Assembly: GCF_000143415.4 (NCBI RefSeq)
Contig: NW_003314285.1
Location: forward strand, 269,102-333,101
DNA: 64,000 nucleotides
Direction of reading: 5' to 3'
Origin: Selaginella moellendorffii
Taxonomy: Eukaryota; Plantae; Lycopodiophyta
This document shows positions 1 to 11,166 of this stretch, piece after piece; position 1 is the first letter of the stretch; every line of letters begins with the position of its first letter. A program made the position numbers and the translations under genes. The notes beneath the pieces were generated by a model that was not told the origin of the DNA, searched no databases, and saw only the letters and a list, made by a program, of their open reading frames with translations.

Positions 1-115
1 GAATATGCCACCAGACATTCCGCGTTCTAGACGCCGTCAATGTGGACCAAACGAGAGCATTAATTATTCCGTCAAGTAGCAAAACATTATATATTCCGTC
101 TAGTAACAAAATCTA

Positions 116-1471
116 CTAGCTCGAGAGCGATGGGAACAATCTATTGGCTAATAGCGAGATGAGCTTTCCTCCTGGATGGATCGCATCGAAGAATATGTAT
201 TTGGAGCGATCAAAGCACAGTCCAAAGTAGCTCTGGCAGCCATCGCCAATCTCCGTGGTGCCACTCCCACAACAGCCACGATCCACGGTGGTATATCCTG
301 GGAAAATAAGGGAATCTATATTATATACGAAGACAATGGTTAAAACTATAGCTCACCGTATGTGGCCGGATTGCTTATGGCGTCCCGGGTGATGTTGAAA
401 GCATCGTAGTTGTAGTAGTAGCGGAAGCCGGAGAGGCTCGCGGAGAGATTCCTGAGCATATTCTCCACGGCCACGTCGAACGCGTAGACGATACCGTTGG
501 TCGTCTCGTTGCACATCGATCGACACGTAGCGTTGTACGGGCCACACATGAGTGTAAGCGTGATGGGCGTGCATCCCAGCGGTCCAATTGCGGACACGAT
601 GAATCTCCGGCATCCAATGCTGTAGATGTCCTGGAAATAATTACCAAGTATTAGTAGATTTTAATATTAATAATATTAGTATTGTTAATATTTTTAATTA
701 TTATTACCTGGATACGAGTGGAGAGTGTGTTGACGAGCAAGGTTCTAAAATCGGCATCGCTGAGGCTTGCGGTGGTGCTGTCCATGCTTTTGTATGAAAA
801 ATCATTGGATCCAATGCTTATGAGGCAGAAGGCATTCCGAATTCGCGAAGCCGCAGCAGTGGCACCTTCCACGGCTTGTAGTCTCTGAGTGACATTTCGA
901 AACCACTCGACTTGGACGCTGAAGGTGTATGGAGTTTGCAATACCTTGGGGAAAAGGAGCCATATCAACAACATTCTTACAAGAATCATAAGAGTTCTTA
1001 CAAGGTTGCTGGAGAGCTTATCGATGATTGCAGCTCCCCCGGATGCGAAGTTAACACCTTGAGTGAGATTCATTCCATTTGCAGATGGATGGAGAAACGG
1101 AAAAGCTCTAGCAACACCAATGTATTGCGCTGCATCGATCAACAACAACCATTACCAAATATTAGCTCACTTTCGTCAACTCTAAAGATTATAGAGGGTG
1201 TACCAATAAGATCGGGGAGGACTAATGCATTGGAGAAGCGGCCAGTGGGAGCTTGATTATCGTAATCACATCCATATGGAGTGTGATTTGCTCTTGCGAT
1301 CGAGAAGTATGTGTTGAGATAGTTGTTGTTTCCTGCATCCACTGTTGAATCTCCAAAGCAGAAAACCGCTGTTGCATTTGTACTGTTTCCCAGTTGGGCC
1401 GTTGCTGCGGTGCCAAGGAGCAAGAGCAGCAATGGGATGAAGACGATCACTAAGCTTACAAACTTTGCCAT
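116..1471 (-). CDS. GDSL esterase/lipase, secreted, multi-exon
   Basis: Signal peptide MAKFVSLVIVFIPLLLLL; block I FGDSTVDAGNN, PTGRFSN, GVNFASGG, IGSNDF, IGPLGCTP. Last exon read manually as GCCGSG...YIFFDAIHP...PSLSS* (stop 116-118). Split by short introns across ORFs 1139-1471, 651-1148 and 346-597. Confidence 0.93.
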
Positions 1472-4311
1472 CTTGTTCTAAAATCAAATTATGCGATGAG
1501 TAAACTTTGTTTGATCTAGATGATAGTTTTTGTGCAGCATTACTGCCCCTTTTATTTAATAAGAATCGAAATTTCTCTGCAATTTACAACTTCTCGTAAT
1601 CGTATTGGATCTGGACTAGATAGAGATTCCAAACTTTTCCTACCACCTTTTTGCAGCATCAAATCCACTGACGCGCTAAACCAGCCAGTAGAGTGAAGAG
1701 ATCCCAGATCTAATTCACTTTATAAGTCGGTGTTCCTGGATTGTTCCTCGAAAACTCTCAAGGCTTGGAGTCTTCCCATGATATTATATAAGTTTTAAAG
1801 TCCATATATATTATATGACAGCACTGGGGATGGCTGACGATCCCACGAACCACGAAGTCGTATTGGTCGTGAGCTCGAATCCACTCTCGAGAGCCCCTTG
1901 AAACTAGCGAGTGATATTTCGATATGATCATCCCTATCCATAGGCCGGGCACTGGCCGGCTTGGCATTCCAAATCCAACAAACAATGTCAACACCAAACG
2001 ATCTGGAGAGAGCAGCAGCAGCAGCGATTGCGATCAAGATCAAGCCTTGTAAATGTCCGACCGTGGCTGACACTTAAGTACATGCAACATGGACGGAGAG
2101 AAATAAAATACAAAGAGAGCAAAGATCGCTGTCCGTTGGTTGAATGGTTTGTGTCTTTAGAGTAGTGTCTTGGCTTGAGAAAAATAATAGAAAAGTAAAA
2201 AATGTATAAAATCCAAAATAAAATAGAAATAAATTAGAGGCGCACATACGCACAATACAAAAGCCAGTCCAAAGTTCGAAACCGATGCCCAAATCTCCTT
2301 ACACACATAAATGGCCACTCTGGTTCCAGCTCACACCCACATATGGCCATGGCCCATACCCGTCTGACACGTGTTTGTCAGCGCCTGGTGCCACCTGTCG
2401 GGTGTGTCCTTAGCAGAGGGTCCCCGGCAACGCCAGCATCTCCTTTTCGCATGTCCTTAAGGCATATGCCTTGGGCCCCTTTGGCATTCTCTCTTCTTTA
2501 GTAGAATATCTTGGGCCCTGACCGGTATGGGCGACGTACGGCGCAGAGGACGCCGTACAGAGAAGATTCCAAGCACATGTTTGTTGCAAGTTGGATAATG
2601 CCACCTTTTTCTTTTGGTCTGTTTGGGTGGTAGTGTGGTCACTGGTAATGTCGTGGTGTCTAGTGGCTGTATTCCTTGTGAGTGATCACTCACTCCCACC
2701 ACAAACAATATATATAGTCTATTAGACCATAATCAGTACAAAAAATAAATAAATAATAATAAGCTTGTTATTATTGTTAAAATAAATTAAAATTTATAGA
2801 TATAAAGGTAACTATCCACATTAACACGTGAATCCAGCACGAAAGTGAAAGCCAACAACGAGAACAATAGTAATATTCCCAATTTAGCGACTCTGTCTGT
2901 TGTCTTCACTTGGGAGATTATATTATAAGAGTTGTTCTAGCGGATGCGCGCGAGTCATAAGTGAGTTGGATCTTGGATCAATCAGCGTCAGAGATAAGAA
3001 AAATTCGCTGCCTTGAATGATCAATCAAAAGGGAGATGAATGGAAATGAAAAGCCCCTTTGGATTCCTGTAAAGTTGGGGATCTCTCAGCGTCGCAACAA
3101 GGAGATCTATGCTGTATTAGACCGCCAAACTTTATAGAATAGCATAAACAAGGACGTGTAATGCTGGGCGTCCACGTCCCCAAACAGGGCATTTGTCGTC
3201 CAGGCGCCACACATTGGATCGCCGGGCATTTGGATTGTAATGCCAAAACAATGCGGGGATTTCACATTATAGTACGCAAACCATGCACGAACAGTGGAAG
3301 CTATTGTGGTGGCCAGAGACAATATGAATTTCTCTAGTGCGATTACGGAGACCCTATTTTGGATTGTGTCAAAATCTCTTTGTCGCTCGAGACGCAGCAA
3401 AGACAAGTGGGGGGTGGTGCAACGCATCATATAGGGCTTTTAGGGCTGGGCATTCCGTCCCGGAATGTGGGATGGGCGTTCCGGATTCTGGGGGTGAAAA
3501 CCAGGGAAAAAGGAGGGAGCGTTACCAACCAGTAACGTTTTTAGGTACCACACTCCTGCGCCACGATAACATGAAAACATTTTTAACCCTTTTTATAAAA
3601 CTTGCGGTTTAAACGCGTGCGGCATATTCCGCACAAGCCACGCCGGAATCCTTCTTTTGCCGTATGCAAATGATGAAGCCACTGGATGGGCCATGGCCGA
3701 GACCACATCTGTACGGTCCCGGCTCCTCTGAGAGAGCAAAGAGAGCGCTAGGTCATTCTTCCTGTGTTTGTAGCGTTCTAGCCGAGGATCCAAAGCGCCT
3801 CTTTCTCAGTTTCTCCGCCGCGCTAGCGTGTGCTTGCCAAGATCTGTGCCGGGAAGGGGGCGGTGGGGCAAATTTCGTGGCAGATCTCTGCGGAATTCGA
3901 GCGGCGCGCCTCGGCTTTTCCATGGCGCAACAATTTCTTCGAGGAAATCCGGATCCACAGGCAAGCTGCTACTGGTCTTCCCTGCATTCTCCATAGCGCG
4001 GTCTGCCCGAGCTCCAACCAGCGCCATCACTGTTGCATCGGGCGGAGTAAAGATTGGCGCCCGCGCGGCCGAAATATTTCTTTTTCCCTCTCTCGATTTC
4101 TTGCCTAGCGCGGCGCTCGAGGAAGCAACACAATGCATGCTAGGTCCCAGGCGGCAGCAGCAGCGCACTCCTCTTTCTCGAAGCTGGAAACATCAGGTCT
4201 TGTCGCTGCCGGGGAGCCCTTGGCAGGATTTCTCGGCCTCTAGGCACGGCAATTCCAGGTAGCTCTCGCTCTGATCTAGATTTCTGGGTTCCTGGGCCTT
4301 GTAGCGCTAGA

Positions 4312-6073
4312 ATGGGGACTCTGGACACGGCCAAGCAGCCAAACTGGGAGCACCAGGGCGACAGCAATAGCAGCACTAGCACTAGCACTAGCAGCAGCAT
4401 AGACATGAGCGTCAAGACTAGTTTGAGTAGCAGCACAGTCACTGGGGGGAGCAGCAGCACCGATAACAGTGGCAAGATCAGCGATGGCACCAGCAGCGAT
4501 GTCAAGTGTAGTGGTGGGAAGATCAGTGGTCGAGGAGGAGGAGGAGGAGGGGGCGCTCTCGCTGAGAGCGCCAAGAGCAGCCTTAGCCGGGGAAGCAATA
4601 GCAGCGATGTGAGCGACGAGAGTAGCTGTAGCAGCTTTAGCAGCAGCGCCAATAAGCCCCACAAGGCCAACGACAAGAGATGGGAGGCGATCCAGTCGGT
4701 GAGAATGCGGGATGGGAGCTTGGGTCTCAGCCACTTCCGGCTCTTGAAGAGGCTCGGGTGTGGAGATATCGGCAGCGTCTACTTGGCAGAGCTGCGGAGC
4801 ACAAGCTGCCACTTTGCGATGAAGGTGATGGACAAAGCGTCGCTGGCGAGCCGGAAGAAGCTGCTCAGGGCCCAGACCGAGAAGGAGATCTTACAGTCGC
4901 TAGATCATCCCTTCCTCCCCACGCTCTACACCCATTTCGAGACGGACAAGTTCTCCTGCCTGGTGATGGAGTTTTGCATGGGTGGTGATCTTCACACACT
5001 GAGGCAGCGGCAACCGGGCAAGCATTTCACCGAGCAAGCTGCCAAGTGAGTCTTCTTCTCATCCGACTTTTTACTTCATAGTCTTCCTCTTATCGGACTT
5101 TGATTTCATACTCGTAAACTTTTTCAGGTTCTATGCGTCCGAGGTGCTCCTGTCGCTCGAGTACCTCCACATGTTGGGCGTCGTCTACAGAGATCTCAAG
5201 CCGGAGAATGTGCTCGTGAGAGAGGACGGGCACATCATGCTGTCCGACTTCGACTTGTCACTCCGGTGTGTCGTGAGCCCGACGCTGGTGAAGTCGTCCA
5301 TGGATGGAGATAAACGGGGGCCGGCCTACTGCATACAACCGGCGTGCGTGCAGCCATCGTGCATCCAACCGGCATGCGTCGTGCAACCATCGTGCTTGCT
5401 CCCGCGGTTCCTCTCCAAGGCCAAGTCGAAGAAGAGCCGGAAGCCCAGGAACGACGTCGGCAACCAGGTGTCTCCACTCCCGGAGCTGGTCGCAGAGCCA
5501 ACAGGAGCAAGGTCCATGTCCTTCGTCGGGACTCACGAGTACCTGGCCCCCGAGATCATCAAGGGCGAAGGCCACGGCAGTGCCGTGGACTGGTGGACGT
5601 TCGGCATCTTCCTCTACGAGCTCCTCCACGGCAAGACGCCGTTCAAAGGCTCGGGCAACCGGGCCACGCTCTTCAACGTGGTCGGCCAGCCGCTCAAGTT
5701 CCCGGAGACGTCCCACGTCAGCTTCGCGGCGAGGGACTTGATCCGCGGGCTGCTCGTCAAGGACCCGCAGCACCGGCTGGCGTCCAAGCGCGGCGCCACC
5801 GAGATCAAGCAGCACCCCTTCTTCGAAGGCGTCAACTGGGCTCTCATACGGTCGACTGTACCGCCGGAGATCCCCAAGCCGTTTGAGCCAGAGCCGGTGC
5901 TTCCGAGCAGGGTAGCACCACCGCCGCCACCTCCGCCGCCGCTGAGCTCTACTACCACGCAACACTCGCTGGAGAAGAGGCCGGTGACTCCGGCCAGTGC
6001 TCCTCCAGCGGTAACTCCTGTTGGTGGCGAGGCAAACGGGTCAGGCTCGTATCTGGACTTCGATTTCTTTTGA
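4312..6073 (+). CDS. AGCVIII Ser/Thr kinase, D6PK/PVPK-like (intron 5046-5127)
   Basis: [34 protein letters not shown]-type DFDLS, CxQP-repeat insert, [15 protein letters not shown]-terminal FDFF (PIF motif). Ser-rich N-terminus. Confidence 0.95.
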
Positions 6074-6602
6074 GCTTTTGGAGTGGGTAGTGGCTGAGCG
6101 AGCAGCAGCAGCAGCAGTGGCGGCAGTAGCACAGCAAATGTGTGGGTGTGGAGGGACTGGCGGATATCGACACGGGGCAGGACAAAAAGGAGCTACAGGG
6201 AAGGAAATGCGTTTCTTCTTTCGGTACTTACAAACCTTTCCAGCTATGGAGGACTGGAGGACAGTGAGAAGACGAAGAAGAAGGAGAAGAAGAAGAAGAA
6301 AGGAGAAGAAAACGAAAGGGGGAGAAGGAAGAACTTCACTGTCGGGGGATTGGAACAAATTTTCGACAAGCGATCTTCAACAGCAACAAAACAAAAGCAG
6401 CAGCAATTCAGAGGCCGGAGGACTTACCCAACAAGGAAAGCAGGGAAAGAACAAAACGGAGAGGAGAGAAAAACTCGAGATCAACAATTTCTGGGGAAGA
6501 ATTGGAATTTGACAGGTGAGGAGAAGTAGTCACTGTAGCTATCCTTTGTGTTCTTTTAATACTAGCCACTCTTGTATTGAAATATTTCTCTTTTTTCTCT
6601 TC

Positions 6603-6860
6603 CGTGATCTTGGCAAGATCTTCTCGCAACTTAAAAGTTCTTAAGTTGTATGCTTTGTAAGTTCTTTGCTAAGTTATCACTTAAGTTCTATGTGGAATTG
6701 TAAGTTTTTCGCCTAACGTGATCTTCGCAAGATCTTCTCGCAAAGTAAAAGCTTTGTAAAGTCTTCGCACTTAAGTTCTATGAATTGTAAGTTCTTCGCT
6801 AACGTGATCTTCGCAAGATCTTCTCGCAAAATAAAAGCTTTGTAAGAAGTTATTCGCTCT
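6603..6860. repeat. Short degenerate tandem repeat (CGTGATCTTCGCAAGATCTTCTCGCAA...GCTTTGTAA units) between convergent genes
   Basis: Units at ~6603, ~6717 and ~6804. Confidence 0.75.
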
Positions 6861-6863
6861 AAG

Positions 6864-9800
6864 TTACCACTTGTATCCATACTCTGGCTCGTAAAAATCC
6901 TGTTCTTGCAGCTCTTTCTCTTTTTTGTCGTAGAAAAACTCCATCTCCTTCATGGCGTTGGATTTCACGTAGCTTCCCTGGCTCACCAGCGAGTAGTGAG
7001 ACGAGGAGGAGCTCTTGTTCTTCAGAGCTCGCTGCCTCAGCTGGTAGTAATCGTCACGCTCGCCTTCCCAGCAATCGAGCTCCACCTTCGTCTTGCGTGG
7101 AACTATTCGATCGTCGTCACTGCGCGAGGGCCGAGCTTGCTGCTCTGGCTGATCCCAGCTCTCCTCCTCTCGCCACAGCTCGTCGTAGTCCTGTGCTCGA
7201 TGATCGTCGCTACGTGTTTCCTGGCTTGGAGGATCATAAGAGTAGCGAGCTTCTCGGTGGAGCTGGCCTTGCGATCGCTGGTAGTCTCCAAAGATCTCAC
7301 GCCGCTGGACATAGCCGTCCTCCACAAAGCCATTCCGATCGTCCGGCGGGAACTCCACGTCCGGCCACTCGCTGCTACTACTCTTCGTCCTCGACCACCT
7401 TGTTTCATCGCCACCTTGCCTCATCGATCGTCGACTGGAAGAAGAAGAAGAAGCGAGCTCCTCCATCTTGGATGAAAGTTGATCCAAACTCTTCTCGACT
7501 TCCCGACTTCTCTGGTTTGTCACTTGGATTCTTCCAGGCACGACCATCTTTTCTTCTTGACGAGCTCCTGTTGCATATGAGAGTTGCTCCATATGGGATG
7601 AAAGTTGATCCAAACTCTTCTCGAGTTGGATCTTTTCTCTCTGGCCTTGCGAATCTCTGGACTGGTTTTCTTGCCAAACTTCGTGCTGGCTTTTGCTCGT
7701 TCCTTGTTCTTCTTCCCGGGCTCTCCATCGCTCATCTTCCGGAGCTCCGCGTTGGTGTTCCTGGTTTGTCACTTGGATTCCTCCGGGCTCGACTCTACTT
7801 GCGACCATCCTTTCTTCTTCACGAGCTCCTGTTGCTTCCACCTTTGCATTCCCGGCCTCGGCATGTAAGACTCTACTTGCGACCATCTTCTCTTCTTGAC
7901 GAGCTGCTATTGCTTCTTCCACCTTTGCATTCCCGGCCTCTGCGTTTAAGTTGGAGAGGATGAGATATGGAGAGCCACACCCCGGATCCAGCTCACTGTT
8001 CTTCTTTGCCGCTCGGTCTGCTCGCTCCTTATCGTTGTGCGTCTTGCAAGCCGAGAGCAGCGTCCTCCAGGCCCCAGCAACAGGCTGGAATGGCATGGTT
8101 TCAATTAGCTCCTCGGCCCTGTCCAGCTGCCCGGCTCGTCCCAGCAAGTCGATCAAGCACAAGTAGTGGTCCAGCTCTGGTACCACCTTGTAGTCCTCGA
8201 GCATCATCAAAAAGTACCACCGCGACTCCTCCACGAAGCCGAGGTGGCTACACGCCGAGAACAAGTGGAGGAACGGCACGGCCCCGGGGCTCAGGCCATT
8301 CGCCAGCATCTCCCGGAAGAGCTCCACGGCCTTCACGTCGAGATCGTTGCGCACGTATCCAGCGATCATCGCAGTCCACGCGACTTCGTCCTTGAAAATC
8401 ATCTCCCGGAACAAGATCTCGGCGGTTTCCAGGCCTCCGCAGCTGGCGTACATGTCGAGCAGCGCGGTCGTGAGCACTGCATCGTCTTCCAGGCCACCGC
8501 TCTCCAGAAGTTCCTGGTGGAGGAGCTTGCCTTGCACTGGAGCTGGAATGCTCGAACACGCTGTGAGAGCGCTCGCGTAAGTCGATCTGTCCGCGTAGTA
8601 GCCTTCCAGATCCATGAGTCCAAACAGCCGCAGCGCCTCCCTTCCAAAACCCGACTTTGCGTATCCCAGGATCATCCAGTTCCAGCTCGCCCAGTTCTTC
8701 TCGCTCATCCTCTCAAACATCTCCCTCGCCTCGTCCAGCCTTCCAGCGTTGATGAGAGCTCCCAGCATGGTGTTGTGCGAGACGACGTTCTTGATCGGCA
8801 TGGCCGCGAAGAGCCCCTGAGCATCGCCAAACTTCCCAGCGTTGGCGTACGCGGTGGTCATCGCCGTCCAAGTTACCACGTCCCGGTCGGGCATCCGATC
8901 GAAAACCACCTGAGCCTGATGAAGGTTCCCACACTTTGCGTACATGTCCACCAGCGCGGTGCCGATAGTCACGTCCACCTCCAGGCCATTCTCCACGAAC
9001 AGCTCGTGGAAAGCTCTCGCCACCTTGAAGTTCTTGTACTCGGCACAGGCGTGGAGAACCGTCAAGGACGTAACTCTGTTCGGCTGGAGTCCCTCGAGAG
9101 CCATTTGGTAGTAGTAGCGTATCGCCTCCTTCCCCTGCCCGGCCTGGGAGTGAGCCGTGACCATGGCCGTCCAAGTAACTCGGTCCCGGAAAGGCATCTC
9201 CTCGAACAAGCTCTTGGTCTCCTTGAGCATGCCTTTGGACGCGAAGGCCGAGAGCATGGTGTTCCAAGTCACGGGATCCTTGTTTTCCATCTTGTCAAAG
9301 AGCTGCTTTGCGTCCTCCACATTGCCGCTGCGAGAGAGAGCTTGAAGCATCCCCGTCCAGGAGACGACGTTCTTGATCGGCATGCTCTCGAACAAATTCT
9401 TTGCCTCGTCCAGCATCCCCCGGTGAGCGTAGGCCGCGATCATGCTGTTCCACGAGACCACGCTCTTGTCTGGATTCGCGTCGAAGATCTGCCGAGCGCC
9501 TTGCACGAATCCGTTCTGGATGAACGCCGCTTGCATGATGTTCCACGAGAAGACGTTCTTCTCGTCCAGCATGTTGAAGACGCTGCGAGCCTCCTCGATC
9601 TTGCCGCAGTTTCCATACATCTGGATCAAGAGGTTGCCGAGGTAAGTGTGTCGATCGTAGAAGCCTTCGGCGAGTCGAGCGTGGATCTTCCTCCCTTCGG
9701 CCAAGTTCCTCGTCCTGGCACACTCTCGCAGCGCGTCTCCGAGCTCGAAAGTGTCGACGCACGCAGGCTGGCTGTAGAAGAGCTCGCGGCGGTGCTTGAG

Positions 9801-10973
9801 GCTCTCCACAGCTTTCATCTCTTCGAGCTTTTCTTTGCTTGCTGGATCGATGCTTCTGTACTCGCCACCACCGTCACGCTGCTCCAGACGACCTCTCGCG
9901 TTTGAGAGCTCTCGCCGGTAGCTGTCTCGTCGATCGCGCCCCCATGCCTTCCAGTCGTCCTCCTCGAGCTTAAACTCCTGCTTAACTCCCTCCCACTTTC
10001 GCCACCTTCTCTCGCTCTTTAGCTCGTCCTTGAATCTCTTGTTGGCTTCCGAGAGCTCCTCGAGCTTGTCACGAGCAGCCTTGTCGCGGTCAGTCACTGC
10101 TTCCTTTTGGAGCCTCTGCACGGCAGTCTCATCGCCAGGAGGTTTTTCCGAGTCGGCAGTTTTTCCATCCCGCGGGTTCGATCTTCTCTCGGCACCCTTC
10201 TTCATGTTGATTCTCTCCACGGCATTCGTCACCGAGCTTCTTCTATTCCTCTTCTCTTCGAGCTTTCTCGAGCTCTCCTTCTCTTCCATCCTGTCGTTAA
10301 GTTTCTTCTGGAAATCCCGCCTACTGTGCTTCGAAGGAAACTCCTTTCTAGCATCTGCCAACTTCTTCTCGTGTACCTCGGACGAATTCACCTTTCCATC
10401 CGACTTCTCATCCGTCCTTCTCGAACCCCGACCACTTTCCTTGCTTGAAACGACCTTCATAGCATCAGAAACTTCTTTCTTGTCCAGGCCTTTCTTCTCG
10501 TCAGCAATGCTTCGTTTCTCCTCGCTAAGTTTGAAGCACTTGTACTCGCCAAGAATCGATACCGAGCTTTTCTTCTTCTCTCCAACCACAGCCTTCTTCT
10601 CGCTAAGAACTGGCTCCAAGCTTTTCTTCTCGCCAAGAGCACGTCCCAAGTTTTTCTTCTTATCATCCACTGGACATTCCTTCTCCTTGTCAACAACAAG
10701 CACAGGCTTCTTCCTATAATCAATCGCCTTCGCTGTTTCTCCTTGCTTCCTCGCGGCACCAGGCTTGGACCTCTCTTCCTTGCTTGGCGATGGCAATGCA
10801 GCAGCCCTGGCAGAAGCATCACTCTGCGCCTTCGCTTTGCCGATCGCCTTACCTCCATCATTCGCGAGATGCGCGCTGAGCGAATCCCACGACGTCCTCA
10901 CGATCAAATGCAGGCACTCGCGACGCCTCCCAGCAGCGGCGCAGCGAAGCCCCCGCCCGGCGCTCAGTGCCAT
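6864..10973 (-). CDS. PLS-class PPR protein with E domain and long charged N- and C-terminal extensions
   Basis: 1369-aa intronless ORF with tandem PPR motifs (e.g. KNVVSWTGMLQALSRSGNVEDAKQLFDKM) and an E domain (HYLCLIDLLGRAGQL...WRTLLSAC...PYLILSN). Arg/Ala-rich transit-like N-terminus. No DYW deaminase motif. Confidence 0.92.
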   Translation of the reverse strand: MALSAGRGLRCAAAGRRRECLHLIVRTSWDSLSAHLANDGGKAIGKAKAQSDASARAAALPSPSKEERSKPGAARKQGETAKAIDYRKKPVLVVDKEKECPVDDKKKNLGRALGEKKSLEPVLSEKKAVVGEKKKSSVSILGEYKCFKLSEEKRSIADEKKGLDKKEVSDAMKVVSSKESGRGSRRTDEKSDGKVNSSEVHEKKLADARKEFPSKHSRRDFQKKLNDRMEEKESSRKLEEKRNRRSSVTNAVERINMKKGAERRSNPRDGKTADSEKPPGDETAVQRLQKEAVTDRDKAARDKLEELSEANKRFKDELKSERRWRKWEGVKQEFKLEEDDWKAWGRDRRDSYRRELSNARGRLEQRDGGGEYRSIDPASKEKLEEMKAVESLKHRRELFYSQPACVDTFELGDALRECARTRNLAEGRKIHARLAEGFYDRHTYLGNLLIQMYGNCGKIEEARSVFNMLDEKNVFSWNIMQAAFIQNGFVQGARQIFDANPDKSVVSWNSMIAAYAHRGMLDEAKNLFESMPIKNVVSWTGMLQALSRSGNVEDAKQLFDKMENKDPVTWNTMLSAFASKGMLKETKSLFEEMPFRDRVTWTAMVTAHSQAGQGKEAIRYYYQMALEGLQPNRVTSLTVLHACAEYKNFKVARAFHELFVENGLEVDVTIGTALVDMYAKCGNLHQAQVVFDRMPDRDVVTWTAMTTAYANAGKFGDAQGLFAAMPIKNVVSHNTMLGALINAGRLDEAREMFERMSEKNWASWNWMILGYAKSGFGREALRLFGLMDLEGYYADRSTYASALTACSSIPAPVQGKLLHQELLESGGLEDDAVLTTALLDMYASCGGLETAEILFREMIFKDEVAWTAMIAGYVRNDLDVKAVELFREMLANGLSPGAVPFLHLFSACSHLGFVEESRWYFLMMLEDYKVVPELDHYLCLIDLLGRAGQLDRAEELIETMPFQPVAGAWRTLLSACKTHNDKERADRAAKKNSELDPGCGSPYLILSNLNAEAGNAKVEEAIAARQEEKMVASRVLHAEAGNAKVEATGAREEERMVASRVEPGGIQVTNQEHQRGAPEDERWRAREEEQGTSKSQHEVWQENQSRDSQGQREKIQLEKSLDQLSSHMEQLSYATGARQEEKMVVPGRIQVTNQRSREVEKSLDQLSSKMEELASSSSSSRRSMRQGGDETRWSRTKSSSSEWPDVEFPPDDRNGFVEDGYVQRREIFGDYQRSQGQLHREARYSYDPPSQETRSDDHRAQDYDELWREEESWDQPEQQARPSRSDDDRIVPRKTKVELDCWEGERDDYYQLRQRALKNKSSSSSHYSLVSQGSYVKSNAMKEMEFFYDKKEKELQEQDFYEPEYGYKW

Positions 10974-10983
10974 GGGCGAGGGC

Positions 10984-10991
10984 TAGGGTTT
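10984..10991 (-). promoter_or_regulatory. Telo-box (AAACCCTA) just upstream of the PPR ATG, in the ~190-bp divergent PPR/lectin intergenic region
   Basis: TAGGGTTT on the + strand, 11 nt 5' of the PPR start. Confidence 0.5.
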
Positions 10992-11166
10992 AAGAGCTAG
11001 GGCTTTGACTATGTTTAACTAATGTCGTCAACGGTAAAATTAATTGACTCTTTTTGACTTACCAGTCAAAAAGGCGCTTGCGCTACCGTGTTGAACGGGG
11101 AGCACGAGCGACCTTTTCCTTGAAATCCATGAGAATTCATCCCATTGCACTCCATTGGGGATTGTC

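Noticed and set aside
1795-2073. Small ORF with a hydrophobic N-terminus resembling a secreted peptide precursor
   Set aside because: No in-frame ATG (GTG start) and no recognisable peptide-hormone motif.
3107-3430. 107-aa ORF upstream of the kinase
   Set aside because: No recognisable motif or splice context; cannot be supported without a homology search.
5258-6132. Several long overlapping ORFs around the kinase
   Set aside because: Alternative-frame or antisense shadows of a GC3-rich exon.
6021-6529. Lys/Arg-rich ORFs after the kinase stop
   Set aside because: GAA/CAG microsatellite-rich 3' UTR sequence.
6603-6860. Spaced repeats considered as a CRISPR-like array
   Set aside because: The spacers are themselves repetitive, the context is eukaryotic and there are no cas genes.
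6864-6875. PPR ends in ...GYKW, superficially like a DYW terminus
   Set aside because: No HxE/CxxC deaminase motifs upstream; likely coincidence.
8166-9905. 579-aa + strand ORF (and 7097-7963, 10030-10719)
   Set aside because: Antisense shadows of the GC-rich PPR coding sequence; no domain features.
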